NCBI GenBank assembly: GCA_028534125.1
Contig: CM052816.1
Location: 14,014,001 to 14,078,000, forward strand
Direction of reading: 5' to 3'
Length of the DNA stretch: 64,000 nucleotides
From: Lama glama
Taxonomy: Eukaryota
The first letter of the stretch is position 1. Each line of letters opens with the position of its first letter. Below are positions 1 to 11,812 of this stretch, in pieces. The position numbers and the translations under genes are program-made. The notes beneath the pieces were generated by a model. The model was not told the origin of the DNA and made no database searches. It saw only the letters and a list, made by a program, of their open reading frames with translations.

Positions 1-562
1 GTATGGCTAGACTTCACGGCACAGCACCTCCGGCAGTGAGCCCAGGAGTCCGGGCCTGAATTCGCCTCGTGCTAGTTCTGTGTGATTTGGGACCAGATGG
101 TTCACCTCATCGTGCCTTAGTTCCTTACCTAGAAGATAAGCTTTGGACAGTATCCACCACCGAGTGACAGTGGAAAGTGGAAAAGGCACACATGCTTCCT
201 TTTGTTGACAGAGAGAGTCAACGCTCCTCCCTATATTAAAAATTCTAATAAAGAGAGCAGGTGATCTTTCCTAAGATGGAGATTTTTCAACATGGTTGAG
301 GGTTGAGGGAACACTGGAGAAGTAATAATTCAAGATGTGAAAAAACTTAAGATGATTGAGGATCTGTTCGCCAAAAGCAAAGGAAGCGAGAGGAGCTAAA
401 AGGCACACGTCAGGGAGGGGAGCTTTGGGCAGGAGGCCACTCCTCTGTAGAACCTGTTCTACTTCGTATGAAGACTTCGTCATAAATGCCAGGTTTTCCA
501 CTGCCTGGTCTCTCCTCTCTTGTAAGTGCTTTGCTCAGATGGGTCTAAACTCAAAGTTTTAC

Positions 563-800
563 CAGTTGTTCTCAAGTGAGGTTTATTTCCCCACCCCCAG
601 AGACATCTGACAACGTCTGGAGACACCTAAGTTACGACTTAGGTGAAGGGAGGTGGGGGTGGGGGCGGGGCACAGGCTTCTGTTGGCATCCAAGGTAGAG
701 GCCAGAGACCCCGCCACACATCCTACAATGCACAGCACAGCCCGCCTACCCCCCAGCAATGAAGCATCCAACCCAAGACATCCATTACATGTCAACATCT
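563..800 (+). mobile_element. MER20 (hAT-Charlie MITE)
   Basis: Begins CAGTTGTTCTCAA and carries MER20-like blocks (GTCTGGAGACA, GGTAGAGGCCAG, ACATCCTACAATGCACAG); matched to a recalled consensus. Confidence 0.8.
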
Positions 801-2100
801 AGGGCCCGGGACCTATATGCACAGACATCATGTCACAAGCTTGGGTAATTTAGTTCCTGCAGCATTTCCATTAGTCCATTTTTCCAAAGAAGAGCCTTTG
901 ACAATAATCAATGTGTCTTAAAACTTTGTAGACCATAAAATAGTTTGCTCTGACCCAAACTAAATCTTTCATCCCTTCCAAACAGGCCCCCAAACCCCCC
1001 GTTGTGGCCATCGTCCTTCAGAAGGGACCACAGAGCCTCAAGGAAGCCCCAGTTGTTCAGTGCAGGCAGGAAATTTGTGGTTAATCACTTCAACCTGCTT
1101 TACTTTAACAGAAGATTTTTTTCTGAGACCTGTTTATTGTTCCGCTGCCTGGCTGCTCTGGAGTTATCTAGGGCCGAAGTCTTACATTTATTTGTAGAGT
1201 CGAAAAAGGTATATTTTTACTCTCACATCCCTTCCAAGTCCCTGAATTAGATTAGTGTGAACTTTCCAAAATAAATTCACCTTTGAGCTGAAACTAAGCA
1301 TGGAAAGTTTCAGCCCAAAAGGGCACCTTATTGGAAAATGAGGAGCAAAGGAAAGTGAGGATTATCATGGATATTTTAGTGTAACTTCAGCACTCACAGT
1401 TACAAAGGAGAGAGTATTTGTTATATAAAAGATTCTCTAACAGAGTTGATGTATGCAACCCAGGGTTGATGTTCCGTTCCCTTTCCTTCAGACTCTTAAG
1501 AAAAAAATAACTAGAAAAAAGAGAATGGAAAAATCAGCAAGCACATGTGGATCTAATTCTGCACCATGTCTCTGGTTAAATCCCAAGGAAAGAATGTTTT
1601 ATCAGAAGGAGAAAAGGGGGACAATCAGTAATAGGAAGGAAGACCTCTGATTCCTTCACTCCACAAACTTAATTGGCTGGATGGACCATGACTGTGGTCT
1701 AGCAGCGTCTGTCAACAACTCAAAGTTAACATTTTATGTGGATGGCCACTGTGATGCTTTCTTTCCTCCAGAAAAACATTCTCATAGCTGTGGGCGATTT
1801 GCAATATAGATAGATGTGAGGGCATTTGGAGCTTGCTTTTTCTTCTTGACATTCAACATGGAAAAATATTTCCCAATCACCTCCAACCCCTGAAAGATTC
1901 AAAATCTGAATGACTCTAAAGTATGCACCTTTTCAAACATCCATTCATCGCCGTAGCTGTGACTTTGTCCCATGAGACCCAAATAAAATACTATTAGTCG
2001 ATGCAGCACTAAAACGAGTGCATGTTTTTTAAAACGGCAGAAAAACGAACTGTCCTCTAAACTATTATTTTCAAATAATTTTTAACAGCAAGAGGATGCA

Positions 2101-2158
2101 TTTGACACAACATTGTAAAATGACTACAACTCAATAAAAAATGGTAAAAAAAAAAAAA
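2101..2158 (+). mobile_element. Severely 5'-truncated young L1 3' tail with poly(A)
   Basis: TTTGACACAACATTGTAAAATGACTA is identical to the terminus of the L1 at about 59345-59370, and is followed by AATAAA and an A-tract. Confidence 0.7.
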
Positions 2159-5100
2159 GAGAGAGAGAGAGAATGGTACCTCTTCAACCTCCCGTTCATC
2201 CCCCCACCCCACAAAAAAAAAAACACACAAAAGGTGTCTTGGGCAGAAGTTGAATATATAAAATGTTCAAAGAGAAATCACTCTAATAAAGTAGCACCTC
2301 CAGAAGCTGAGCCCTCTCCCCAAGCCCCGAGCCCCCCAGTACTCTTCTTTGTCCTCTACTGATTGCCTGGATAAATAAGTATGTTTTTTAAAAAAAAGTT
2401 TCAGAATGAATTTTTTCATTTTTCCATGAATTCAGTTGGCATCATTAGAGATAGTCCTTATTTAGGCCACAGAGCATGAACTGACTTCTTCTAAATTAAT
2501 TTTAACAGCTCACAGAAGTAGTAGTTACCAGGGAGTATAATTTGGCAAGTTGATTTTTGTTTTCACTTTGTTTGATTCTAAACCATTTGCATTTTTATTA
2601 TCCACCCCCTAAAAGGAGTTTTTACCATTTAGAAAACAGTTTTGACAAAAATCAGTATCTTACCAATTTTCCATTTTGTCTTTTGGATAATATTTCTTTT
2701 TGACTGTCCACTGACAAAAGGAAAAGAGCTGAAAGGAATAAATTCCTCTCATTTTCTTCCCCTATAATGTCATCAAACTGTCACACACATCTGCAGAGTT
2801 AGTCAAATTGATGTATAGTTTTAAAAGAGTCATATGCATTATCTCCTATACATTTTCACTTACATAGACTGTAAGAATGTGAGATGCTTGCACCGAGATG
2901 TTGTACCCACTGATGGTCAGGGTTGATTCTGTTTCTTTAGAAGGCTGGACAGAGATCCTCATGTGCCACCATGGCCCAACGGATGGACCCCCAACACCTC
3001 TCTCTCATCAAAGAAACCACATCCCCAGATGAAGAAAGACAGATCTTCATTCAAGGCAGGTCCGTCTTCCAAGGGCATGTCCTTAGCACAGGCTATTAAA
3101 ATCAAAACATGCATAACCTACAGGATACGTGTAAACTGGGTAATTCTACGTTTTTTAATAAAAGCGTTCATTGAAATGCACAGGACCTTTCATTTATACT
3201 TGAAATGGGAAGACATCTTTAAAAAATTCTTTTCATCAGAAAGTGATCCCCTCAAATACATTTATTATCACCAAAACAATAATCACCACTTCACATCTGT
3301 AATCCTGCCAAAGCAGCCTGTTAAACAGAAGCCGTGAGGTGACGGGGGCCTGCGGAAGTTCATGTTCATGAAAACACCCTGAGCAATCCTCTCTGAAAGG
3401 CGTGGAGGACAGCAAAGCCACTGAAATTGTGGCTTTTTCCTGGCCATCCTGGAAACTAAAATTCCAGAGGCTACGCACCTCACCTTGATGGTTCCCATTT
3501 CCAGGGAGGCCACACTCAGAAAGGGCATTTGGACTGGCATGTGGTTTGAACTATTTTACTTCAGGAGAAAGAAAAAAAAAATCGAGCCATCCTGGAAGAA
3601 CTCCATCTTCTTCTTTAAAGAAAAAAAAAATTGTTTTAAGTTTCTCTTGAAAACTAGTTACTAGTTTGAGCAGGAAGGAAGGGCTTGGAACAGCTGTCCC
3701 TGAGTGAGCTGGAAGAATGTTAATCGCTGTCCCTTGTCTCCTTTACTTAAAGATTAGCTCACATCCCAGGCCCCTGCTAAAGGAAACAGCATGCACTGAA
3801 CTTTTGAGACTATCATCGGGAACATTTCAGTAACAGTAGTAGCAGGTCAGCTGGATCTGAAGGACACGCAAGTCCGGAAATGCACCCCAAGGCAGCGAGA
3901 ACCCCGAGGGCCAGCAGTGGGCTGATTGGACATTTGAGAAAGTCATTTGTTTCTTGACTAAAGCGCCCCAGGAAAAAGTCCAACTTAACAAAAACAAAGT
4001 AAAAATGAAACCGCCATATAAATAAGCATCCACCACTTTAGCCAGAGTCTTCTTGGGCAAAAATGAATCGACCCAGACCATGTTAGGTTAAAAGTAATAT
4101 TAAATGCCATTTCCTCTGTACATTGTTAAGTGAGGAAGGCAAGGTATAGGGAAATATGTATTTCCATTTTAATAAAATAAACAGTAATTCCCCCAATTCA
4201 GGATAAAAATATTCTTTTCCATTTGGTTGCCTGAGCACAGAACTAGGTGTGGAAAGATATACAAGATGCTAATCTACATAACAGACAAGAGGGGAAGAGA
4301 AAGGAGGGAAAAAGAGTTTGTAAAAAAAAAAAAAAAAGAGAGACACTGTCACTGGATAGAAAAAATATGCATGGTGTAACAGCATGGAATGTTAAAACTA
4401 AAATTCTACGGTTCTATTGCAAATGTGCAAAAATTAAATATGCACATAGATGAGAACGAGGTGACAAAAACGGAAACTTAACTGCTTTCAGGATGAAACC
4501 AAGAATAATTTTCTTAAAGTCATTGCATTTTAGCAATATGGAATATGAAAGATTCCCTACCTGCTCTAAATATGCTTTATAACGCAGGAGTTAGAAATAT
4601 AACATTAGGACAAAAAAGAATTGCATTTGAAAATTGGGTCTGAGACACCATGAGGGCAGGCGATGGTGCACGGGATCGAAATGAATCAGATACGGCCAAA
4701 AGAATTCCAACGGTTTGCACACACGGGACAAGAAGTGAAACTGGTCCCCTCCATTGATTTCCTCAGGCACCTGGTGGTCTGGGGTCTGGGACCCCATAGG
4801 CAGCCGAGACCACCATACCACAGCCACACAGCACTGAAGTGGAAAGGTAAATTCCAGCTAAGTAGATTAAACCACGTCCCTAAGTCAATCAATATGGCAG
4901 CAAGAGGCTTACTTTAAATGGTGGATAGGAAACTGATCAGGAACAAAAAAAAAAAAAAATTAAGGAAATAAAATATTAAAAAATGTAAATGTGACGGAAA
5001 TTATAAACAGCCTGAAGGTCCTCTCCCTTCGGGAACAGCTGTGTCTGCTAATCCCTCGAGGAGTCCTCCCTGCGATCGCCCTTCCTTCCTTCCTCCGTCT

Positions 5101-7124
5101 CTCTAATAGCTCCCTTGTTCCTGTTGGACAAAACTAGCCCTTTGTGGCTGCTCTCAGAACAACATTAAAAACAGGAATAGGGAAATTGTAAACAGGAGGC
5201 TTCTGGTCTACAGGCGAAGACACACACACAGACCTCTGAGGCCTACTTCATGCTAAGCAAAGAAACAGATCTTTGTTGCTAAAGGGATTAGGGCTGCGGG
5301 ATTTCGGAGGCACTGCTGAGGCATTCAGCTGGCCTGAAGTAGGGGCTTTGTAAAGAGATACCTCCATTAGAGGTCTGTGAGCGGAAATCATTCATACTCT
5401 TTATACAATCTGGGTAATGTGATAGTGTTGGACTGTTAAACGCCTCTGGTGAGGCAGGGTCCTATCTCCTTGAATGGTAAATTCTTCAGCTAAATAGATG
5501 GCGGTATAATTACCTTCACTGACTTTCTTTCTGGAGGGACTGGGGGGTCTTCTACCTTTAACCCTTAGTGGGAGTGACATGAAAGGATCACCCAGAGCCA
5601 AGGAGGCAAAGTCTTGCCAAGTCGGCTCAGAGGTAGCCTTTGGATTTGGTGCTGGCATCTTATGATATCAAAACCGGCACACTCCGGGCATCACCTGCAC
5701 ACAGAGTCAATGCCCACTTTGTCCCTGTGTTCGCCATGATGATCAAAGTCTCCATTATTGCCTCTTCCCTGCCTTTGACCTAGAATGCCCCCAGCCTCCC
5801 GACCTAATCCCCACCCACATTATACCTGCTCTCACCAGCCGGCCCCCCTTGCCTGGCCCTCCCCAAGGTGGGCCAGTGTCCCACACAGCTCCCATTACCT
5901 TCCCATAAACGAGGAGACTCTGTGTGTCTGCCTACCCCAGCAGACGATGCACTCCTGAAGGTAGTGGCTTACTGACTTTCGTACTCACGATGACTGGCCC
6001 TTTGCAGGTGTCCAGAGCTGTGTCCTGTAGGAGAGTGAGGTGGCCTTGCCTTTAGATCAGCCCCTCTAGTAGCTGTGTTTCAGTGGCTTATGAAAAATTT
6101 ATTTTTGAATTCATCAGGGAACCCTCAGAGTGAACCTAGGGGTTTTAAGAGACCAAGCAAAAAACACCGTGGCCAGTTACAAAAGAAATATGACCCCTCC
6201 AAGGAAGACAGCAAGTGGTCACTTCCCCACAAATGGCCAGGAGCTTTCTCAGTGACCTTGCTGGTCCCAATCCTTTCCCCACATTCTTCTTCGTGGAGGA
6301 AGTGCTGGCAGCAGAATGGAAATGTTCTTGGGGTTCATATTTAGAGTCTGTGGATCCAAATATATCATTATAGTATCAGCTGTTGTAAACTTAGAGAACT
6401 TCTCAGACCTGACTCCAAAAATAAAGGTCAAATTGAGAGGAAAGAAACACTGCTCCCAGAGCTAAGGGACCCTTTCCTTGGTAGGCTGAGACTCATCCGG
6501 AGGGCTGAGCCGTTCATTCTGGGAGAAAGGATAGCTCCGGGTAGATGGGAGTTTTGCGGTGCTTTCACGTGGAAGGGGTCCTGGTTTCTGTTTCTAAGAC
6601 AGGCCTGTAAACACAGTAAGGGCTTTGCAACAACTGGTAAAGGGCTGGTGTTTTTCCCCACTGATGCTCAGTTGTCTGGGACGTGCTTCCATATGAGCGC
6701 AGCCTTGACCATCATAACTGTTGGTTCTTTCCATCGTTCACGATTTTCTATCCGGATTACCTCTCCCCCTCACCATTTGGAGGATGGGTCTTTCTGCTCT
6801 TACGTTATTAACATCACTGTCTGCAAAGAGCAGTTAAATATGGGAGGAAGAACATGGCAATGAGGCCCTGGGCTTTGTCTTCAATTCTGCCACTCAACCA
6901 CCCACTCGGCCAACAAACGCTGAACACCCACTACATGCCGCGCTTTGTGCTAGGCATGGAGAATGTGAAGATGAGAACGACACGGGACTCAGCGTGAAGG
7001 AAGCAGAATGGTTAATGCCATGACGGCAGCCTGCACAGGGCTCTCTAAGAGCACAGAGGGACAGAAGGGATTCCAGGAAGGCCCCCCGGAAAAGATGACA
7101 ATTTAGCTTAGAAGATCCTGGATG

Positions 7125-7500
7125 AAAAAAAAAAAGATAAAATTTGGGGACAACTGAGGATACAGGAATATAGATGATAGAGTAGACAATATTACTGTGC
7201 TGATGTCAAATTTCTTGGATGTGCTGATGGCCCTGCAGTTACGTAAGAGAACCTCCTTCTTAGGAGATACATGCTGAACTACTTATGAGTGAGGAGTCAT
7301 GACATCTCTAAATTATGTTCAAATGATTCAAAAAAGGATGCATCTGTGTTGAAATGCATAACATATGTACATACAGGGGGTAGGAGAAGAGACAATATGG
7401 CAAAATGTTACTCCATTTAAATATACGAAAAGTCACTGGGCTATTCTTTTAATGCACTATGTGTTTAAAATTTTTCAAAAGCCACTGGATAAGCAATTTA
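7125..7500 (+). mobile_element. Old L1 (L1MC/L1ME-like) 3' UTR fragment
   Basis: Motifs typical of old L1M 3' ends (TTTGGGGACAACTGAGG, TAGGAGATACATGCTGAA, AATATGGCAAAATGTTA). Confidence 0.55.
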
Positions 7501-7527
7501 AAACATATATACATACATGTATATGTA

Positions 7528-7529
<2 letters not shown>

Positions 7530-7558
<29 letters not shown>
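7530..7558. repeat. (TG)n microsatellite
   Basis: Perfect TG run, directly visible. Confidence 0.95.
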
Positions 7559-7561
<3 letters not shown>

Positions 7562-8671
7562 AAGCTATTACAAGGCCCAAGCACTGGGCTGGAAAAAGGA
7601 AAGTGGGAGTCAGGTGAAGACAGAGGGGAGGCACTCTAGGGAGAGGAGATAACCAGAGCAGAGGGTTTGCAGGTAGTAGCTGGTATGCACTCAACTGCTC
7701 CTGGTCCAGAGTTAGCACTGGTACGTGTTTGTCAAATGAATGAATAGAGCTACACAGCATCCTTATGTAGGGGACTGCAAACAGATGAGACTAAAGAAGT
7801 ATCAAGTTGGCGTTAAGGAGAGCGAACTGATTTGGCTGGAGGCAGGGCGCCCGGCCTGGAGGCCTTTGTGTATCCTGCCAAAGTCCTGCGACTTTATCCT
7901 GTGGGCAGCGGGAGCCATAGGCAGGAGGTGACATGGTCAGATTAGCATCCAGAGGGACCCCCCCCCCAACCCAGGCAGTCAGGTGTCACGTGGAGTGGCA
8001 GAGCACGGACCAGGAGGCAGGAAACGGGGTACCAGTCAAGGTGCCTTTGCTTCCTTTGCCTCTGCCAGAAGCCCTGACTCTCACCAGCTGAGAAACTGGT
8101 TATCAAGAAACTTATTATTCAGCACAGCACCAAGTTCTGAGATGACAGACAGCAGAGGTGGTTGATTCAGCGGCTCAATGACATGACCATGGACCCAGGA
8201 TCCATCTCCCTCTGCCCTGCCATTTTCTGGGGTCGGCTGTGCCTGCAGGCTGCCTTTCCCCATCTTCAGAAGATGGCAGCAGTCCCTCGAGTGACGTGTG
8301 GACACAGCGAAGACCACAGACGGAAGGAAGCTGTTTCTTCATTGGTCTCTCTCCTTTAGCAAGGAAAACTTTTCCAGAAGTTTCCCAGCAAACCTCTCCT
8401 CCCATCCCTCTGTCCCAGATTGGGTCACAAATGCATTCTAAAACCAACCACTATCAAGGAAATAAGATGACATCTTAGAATAGTAATTTATACACAGAAG
8501 GAATCAACTACTATAAATCATCACCTAGAACACTTGGGAGGACACTGGTCCAAGCAAAAGATGCTAGAAACCCCAACTATGACAATGATGGTAAAAGATT
8601 GGGGGATGATAATGGATTCAAGATTTCTTGAGGAAGTTATCTTGGTAGCATTTGGTGGGTGGACTGAATGT

Positions 8672-8928
8672 GGAGGAGGAGGGGAAGGAAGGGAGGAAGG
8701 GAGGAACGAAGGAAGGGAGGAAGGAAGGGAGGAAGGGAGGAAGGAAGGAAGGAAGGAAGGAAGGAAGGAAGGAAGGAAGGGAAGGAGGGAGGAAGGGAGG
8801 GAGGGAGGAAGGAAGGGAGGGAGGGAGGAAGGAAGGAAGGAAGGAAGGAAGGAGGGAGGAAGGGAGGCAGGGAGGGAGGGAGGGAGGAAGGAAGGGAGGG
8901 AGGGAGGGAGGAAGGAAGGAAGGAAGGA
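8672..8928. repeat. (GGAA/GGGA)n polypurine simple repeat
   Basis: About 255 bp of G/A with only two C residues. It produces the spurious low-complexity ORFs at 8521-8986. Confidence 0.95.
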
Positions 8929-9074
8929 CAGCCTCCCACCATACTTCCAGCTAGGTGAGTGGGTAGAAGGAAGTACCACTAATTGAGCAAAGGTACGCTA
9001 GAGGAGGAGGGGAGGGTTTGGGGTACGTTCAATTTAAAGTGCCTGTGGGCATCAGAATAGCTGTGGTGGGCAGT

Positions 9075-9412
9075 CAGTGGAGTATACAAATCAAACCGTT
9101 GTCCCAGACAGGTGGTCCATACTCAGACACGGTTCTCAGAAGGGCTTTGCTTTGGTCCAAACATTTCTCAACCAACATTTAATCACTGAGAGATTCCAAA
9201 CAGGATTATATATTCCTGGCTTCTCTGGGAAAACTGGAAAATCTGGCAGCACTGGTCCTGAATTCCTACATGTCAACAATTGGCTGGAGCCCAATAGCAG
9301 TCATTTGCTTCAGCTAGAACGAGAGGCTCCCTGGTCATACTCACTCACAATCCGTTTCATTCACTGACTTTATCTGCCCAGCCCCTGAAGGCATTTCCAT
9401 CCGAAGCCCTGC
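9075..9412 (-). mobile_element. MER102-like hAT-Charlie element
   Basis: ATCTGGCAGCACTGG, CAACAATTGGCTGGAGC and GCCCCTGAAGGCATTT match the reverse complement of a recalled MER102 consensus. Confidence 0.65.
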
Positions 9413-9419
9413 TCAGGAT

Positions 9420-10130
9420 CTTGGGGTGGGGAGGAGGGAGAAGAGGTCTGAGCTGCAGACATGTGGCAGACACTGGTATCACTGGTATTTAGACAGTGGT
9501 CAAAGCCCTGGCTGTGGATGCGATCACATAAAGACAAAGTAGAAGTGGACCAAGGAGGTCACTCTGGAGCCATCAATTTTTTAGAGATGGAGGAACAGAA
9601 ATTCATGTAACAGTGAGAAACTGGAATGGAGCAAGTGAGCATCAAGTCTCAGGAGCTAAGAGAAGAGCCTGGAGTTGGGGGCCATGATGACCTGTGCCAG
9701 AGGCAACGGGAGGTCCAGGGAGAAAAGGGTCCAAAGGAAACACGGCATTAGGGAGATGTGTCATGGGTGCTCTGGGCGCCACCTCAGTGGCCCAGTAAGG
9801 GAAGAGGTGGGTGTCAGTGGGCTGGGCAGAGGGCAAGAGGTAAGTGGACACAGGGCACATAGACTGTGTAGGTGAGAAAGAGAGGACAAGGGTTGGACAG
9901 AAGCTGGAGAGGCTATGGGGTCATCTAGACATCTTAAAGGCAAAAAGAAGCCAGTGGTGAGAGGGAGGTTGGAGAATTAATCCAGAGGGATGAACAACAG
10001 AACCGAGTCCAACAGAAGGTGATGGGAGCAGGGGACAGAAGAGTCAGGCACAGGTGGCTGGATTCACTGCAAAAAGGACTCCGAGATTGGTGGATGGGGG
10101 GTGAAGGCAGACGCAGATGTCCAGAAATGC
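9420..10130 (-). mobile_element. L2 LINE fragments (degenerate)
   Basis: Purine-rich L2-like blocks (GGTCTGAGCTGCAGACATG, GCTGTGGATGCGATCAC, GACCTGTGCCAGAGGCA). Confidence 0.5.
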
Positions 10131-11252
10131 GGGAGCTACTAACTGACCTTTCACAAGGTGGGGGCTTAGCAACCTTTCAAAGGGATGCACCAGGGTGTCC
10201 CTCCTGTCCCGTGTGGTACGAGGAGCAGGGAGAGTTTCCCACAACACGTGTGAGCCTCCTGATGTCCAATCCAGATGTGACTTCCAGATTCACAGTGATT
10301 TTCACCCTAAACTATGTGTTCACAGAGGGCAGAGATGAACAGGGACAGAGGACCAACAATGCGGGGAGAGCGGGGAGGCCTATGGCCACAGGCCCTGACT
10401 CACAGGCAGCGACAGTGGAGGTGGAGGGCCGGGGAAGGAAGCGCGCCCGGAGAGCAGCTCTCCCACGGGAGCGGATGCAGCAGGGGGGAGGGGAAGACGA
10501 CAGCACCGGCCACAGCTTGAGAGCTGGCGACAGCACAGCCACTGGGTCCACTCTGGTGCGCGCCCTACATGAACGTCTCGCCCCCTCCCCTACACTTAAT
10601 TCACCTAAAAGCCGCTGCCATAACCAAGGCAGCAGTGAATGTAAGTCTACTCAGAGAGGCCAGAGCGTGCCCACCCCGCCCCGGGAGTGCAACATCGATC
10701 TGCCTGAAGGGAACCAAGGTGTGCTTCCAGCAGATGTTGGTACCACCTCTCTACCTTTAGGCTTCCTTTAGAGAAGACGTCTGCCAAAGCAATTTTCAGT
10801 GATCAGAAAGCACCTCGTGGCATTGTTCTGAGGCAGTTTATGACTCTGACTGATGCGCAAGGTCACCAGGGTAGTGAGGGGCTGAGCTGGGATTTGAACA
10901 CAGCTTGCTTTAATTCCAAAGTCCCTGCTGTTTTTATACCAAGCAATATCTCAAGTGCCATTTTTTAATTACAGCCCTTCCCAACTCCCTTGACTGCACG
11001 TTACTAATTTGTACTTCTCTTAAGGCAACTACCTTAATCTGGAAGGATAGTCATTTGTCTACTTGTCAGTTTTATAGGGCTATAAACTCCAAAGAGAGGA
11101 ATGGCATCTCTATGTATTGTGTGCGTGTGAGTGTGTGTGTAATTTTTTAAGATAAGGAGCGCCTCTCTGACGAGGTGATGTTTCGGCAGACACCTGAAAG
11201 AAGCAAGAGCTGTTCTGGAGGATGGGGGATGCGGGATGGGATGGGGACCAAC

Positions 11253-11266
11253 CCAGCAGGGGGCAC
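11253..11266 (+). promoter_or_regulatory. CTCF core motif (candidate)
   Basis: CCAGCAGGGGGCAC fits the CCASYAGRKGGCRS consensus. Motif only; occupancy unknown. Confidence 0.35.
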
Positions 11267-11579
11267 AGCCAACGCAGAGACCCCCACAACAAGGGTCACA
11301 CTTGAGGAATAAAACCCCCACCCCACCCCTGTCATCTGTCCCCTTTCCCTGCTTTATTCTCCCTCAAGGCACTTTTCACTCTTTGACATCACATTTATCA
11401 GTTTACTTGCTTACTGCTTATACCTCAACTAGACTGTAAGCTCTTTGACTACTGGACTTTGTTTTCACTGCTGCTGCTCCTCAGAACCCTGAGGAGGTCT
11501 GACCTACGCAGGGAACTCCATACAGATCTGGGTAGGGATATATGAATAAATGCAGAGAGCATTACTCATATTTTCACTT

Positions 11580-11812
11580 TAGTTTTTATTAAGCACGTAC
11601 CATGCTCAACCACTGAGTTACACACTTTACATATACTACTGTATTTAATCCTCATGCAAACCCCACTGAGGAGGAGATAATAATCTGCATTTTACAGGGA
11701 GTGAAACCGAGATCAGATAAAACCTGCTTAAGACACCTCAGCCAGTACGTGGTGGAGCTGGGATGTGAACCCAAGTCTGATCCAAAAGCCTGTGCCTTTT
11801 ACTAAAGCACTA
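11580..11812 (-). mobile_element. MIR SINE
   Basis: ATTTAATCCTCA, CATTTTACAG..GAAACCGAG and GGTGGAGCTGGGATGTGAACCCAAGTCTG: the MIR core in reverse orientation. Confidence 0.75.

Noticed and set aside
3414..3466. Two short adjacent hairpins (AAAGCCAC/GTGGCTTT and CTGGAA/TTCCAG)
   Set aside because: Stems of 6-8 bp are expected by chance in 64 kb.
4561..4833. Possible minus-strand exon (strong acceptor TTTACCTTTCCACTTCAG, donor CAG|GTAGGG)
   Set aside because: All three frames are closed and the peptides are unrecognised. It could be non-coding, but nothing supports that.
8521..8986. Several 96-152 aa ORFs (EGRK / PSFL repeats)
   Set aside because: Translations of the GGAA/GGGA simple repeat, which contains no stop codons.
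10019..10771. 250-aa ORF
   Set aside because: Starts in an L2 relic, crosses a GC-rich patch, and shows no recognisable domain or splice structure.
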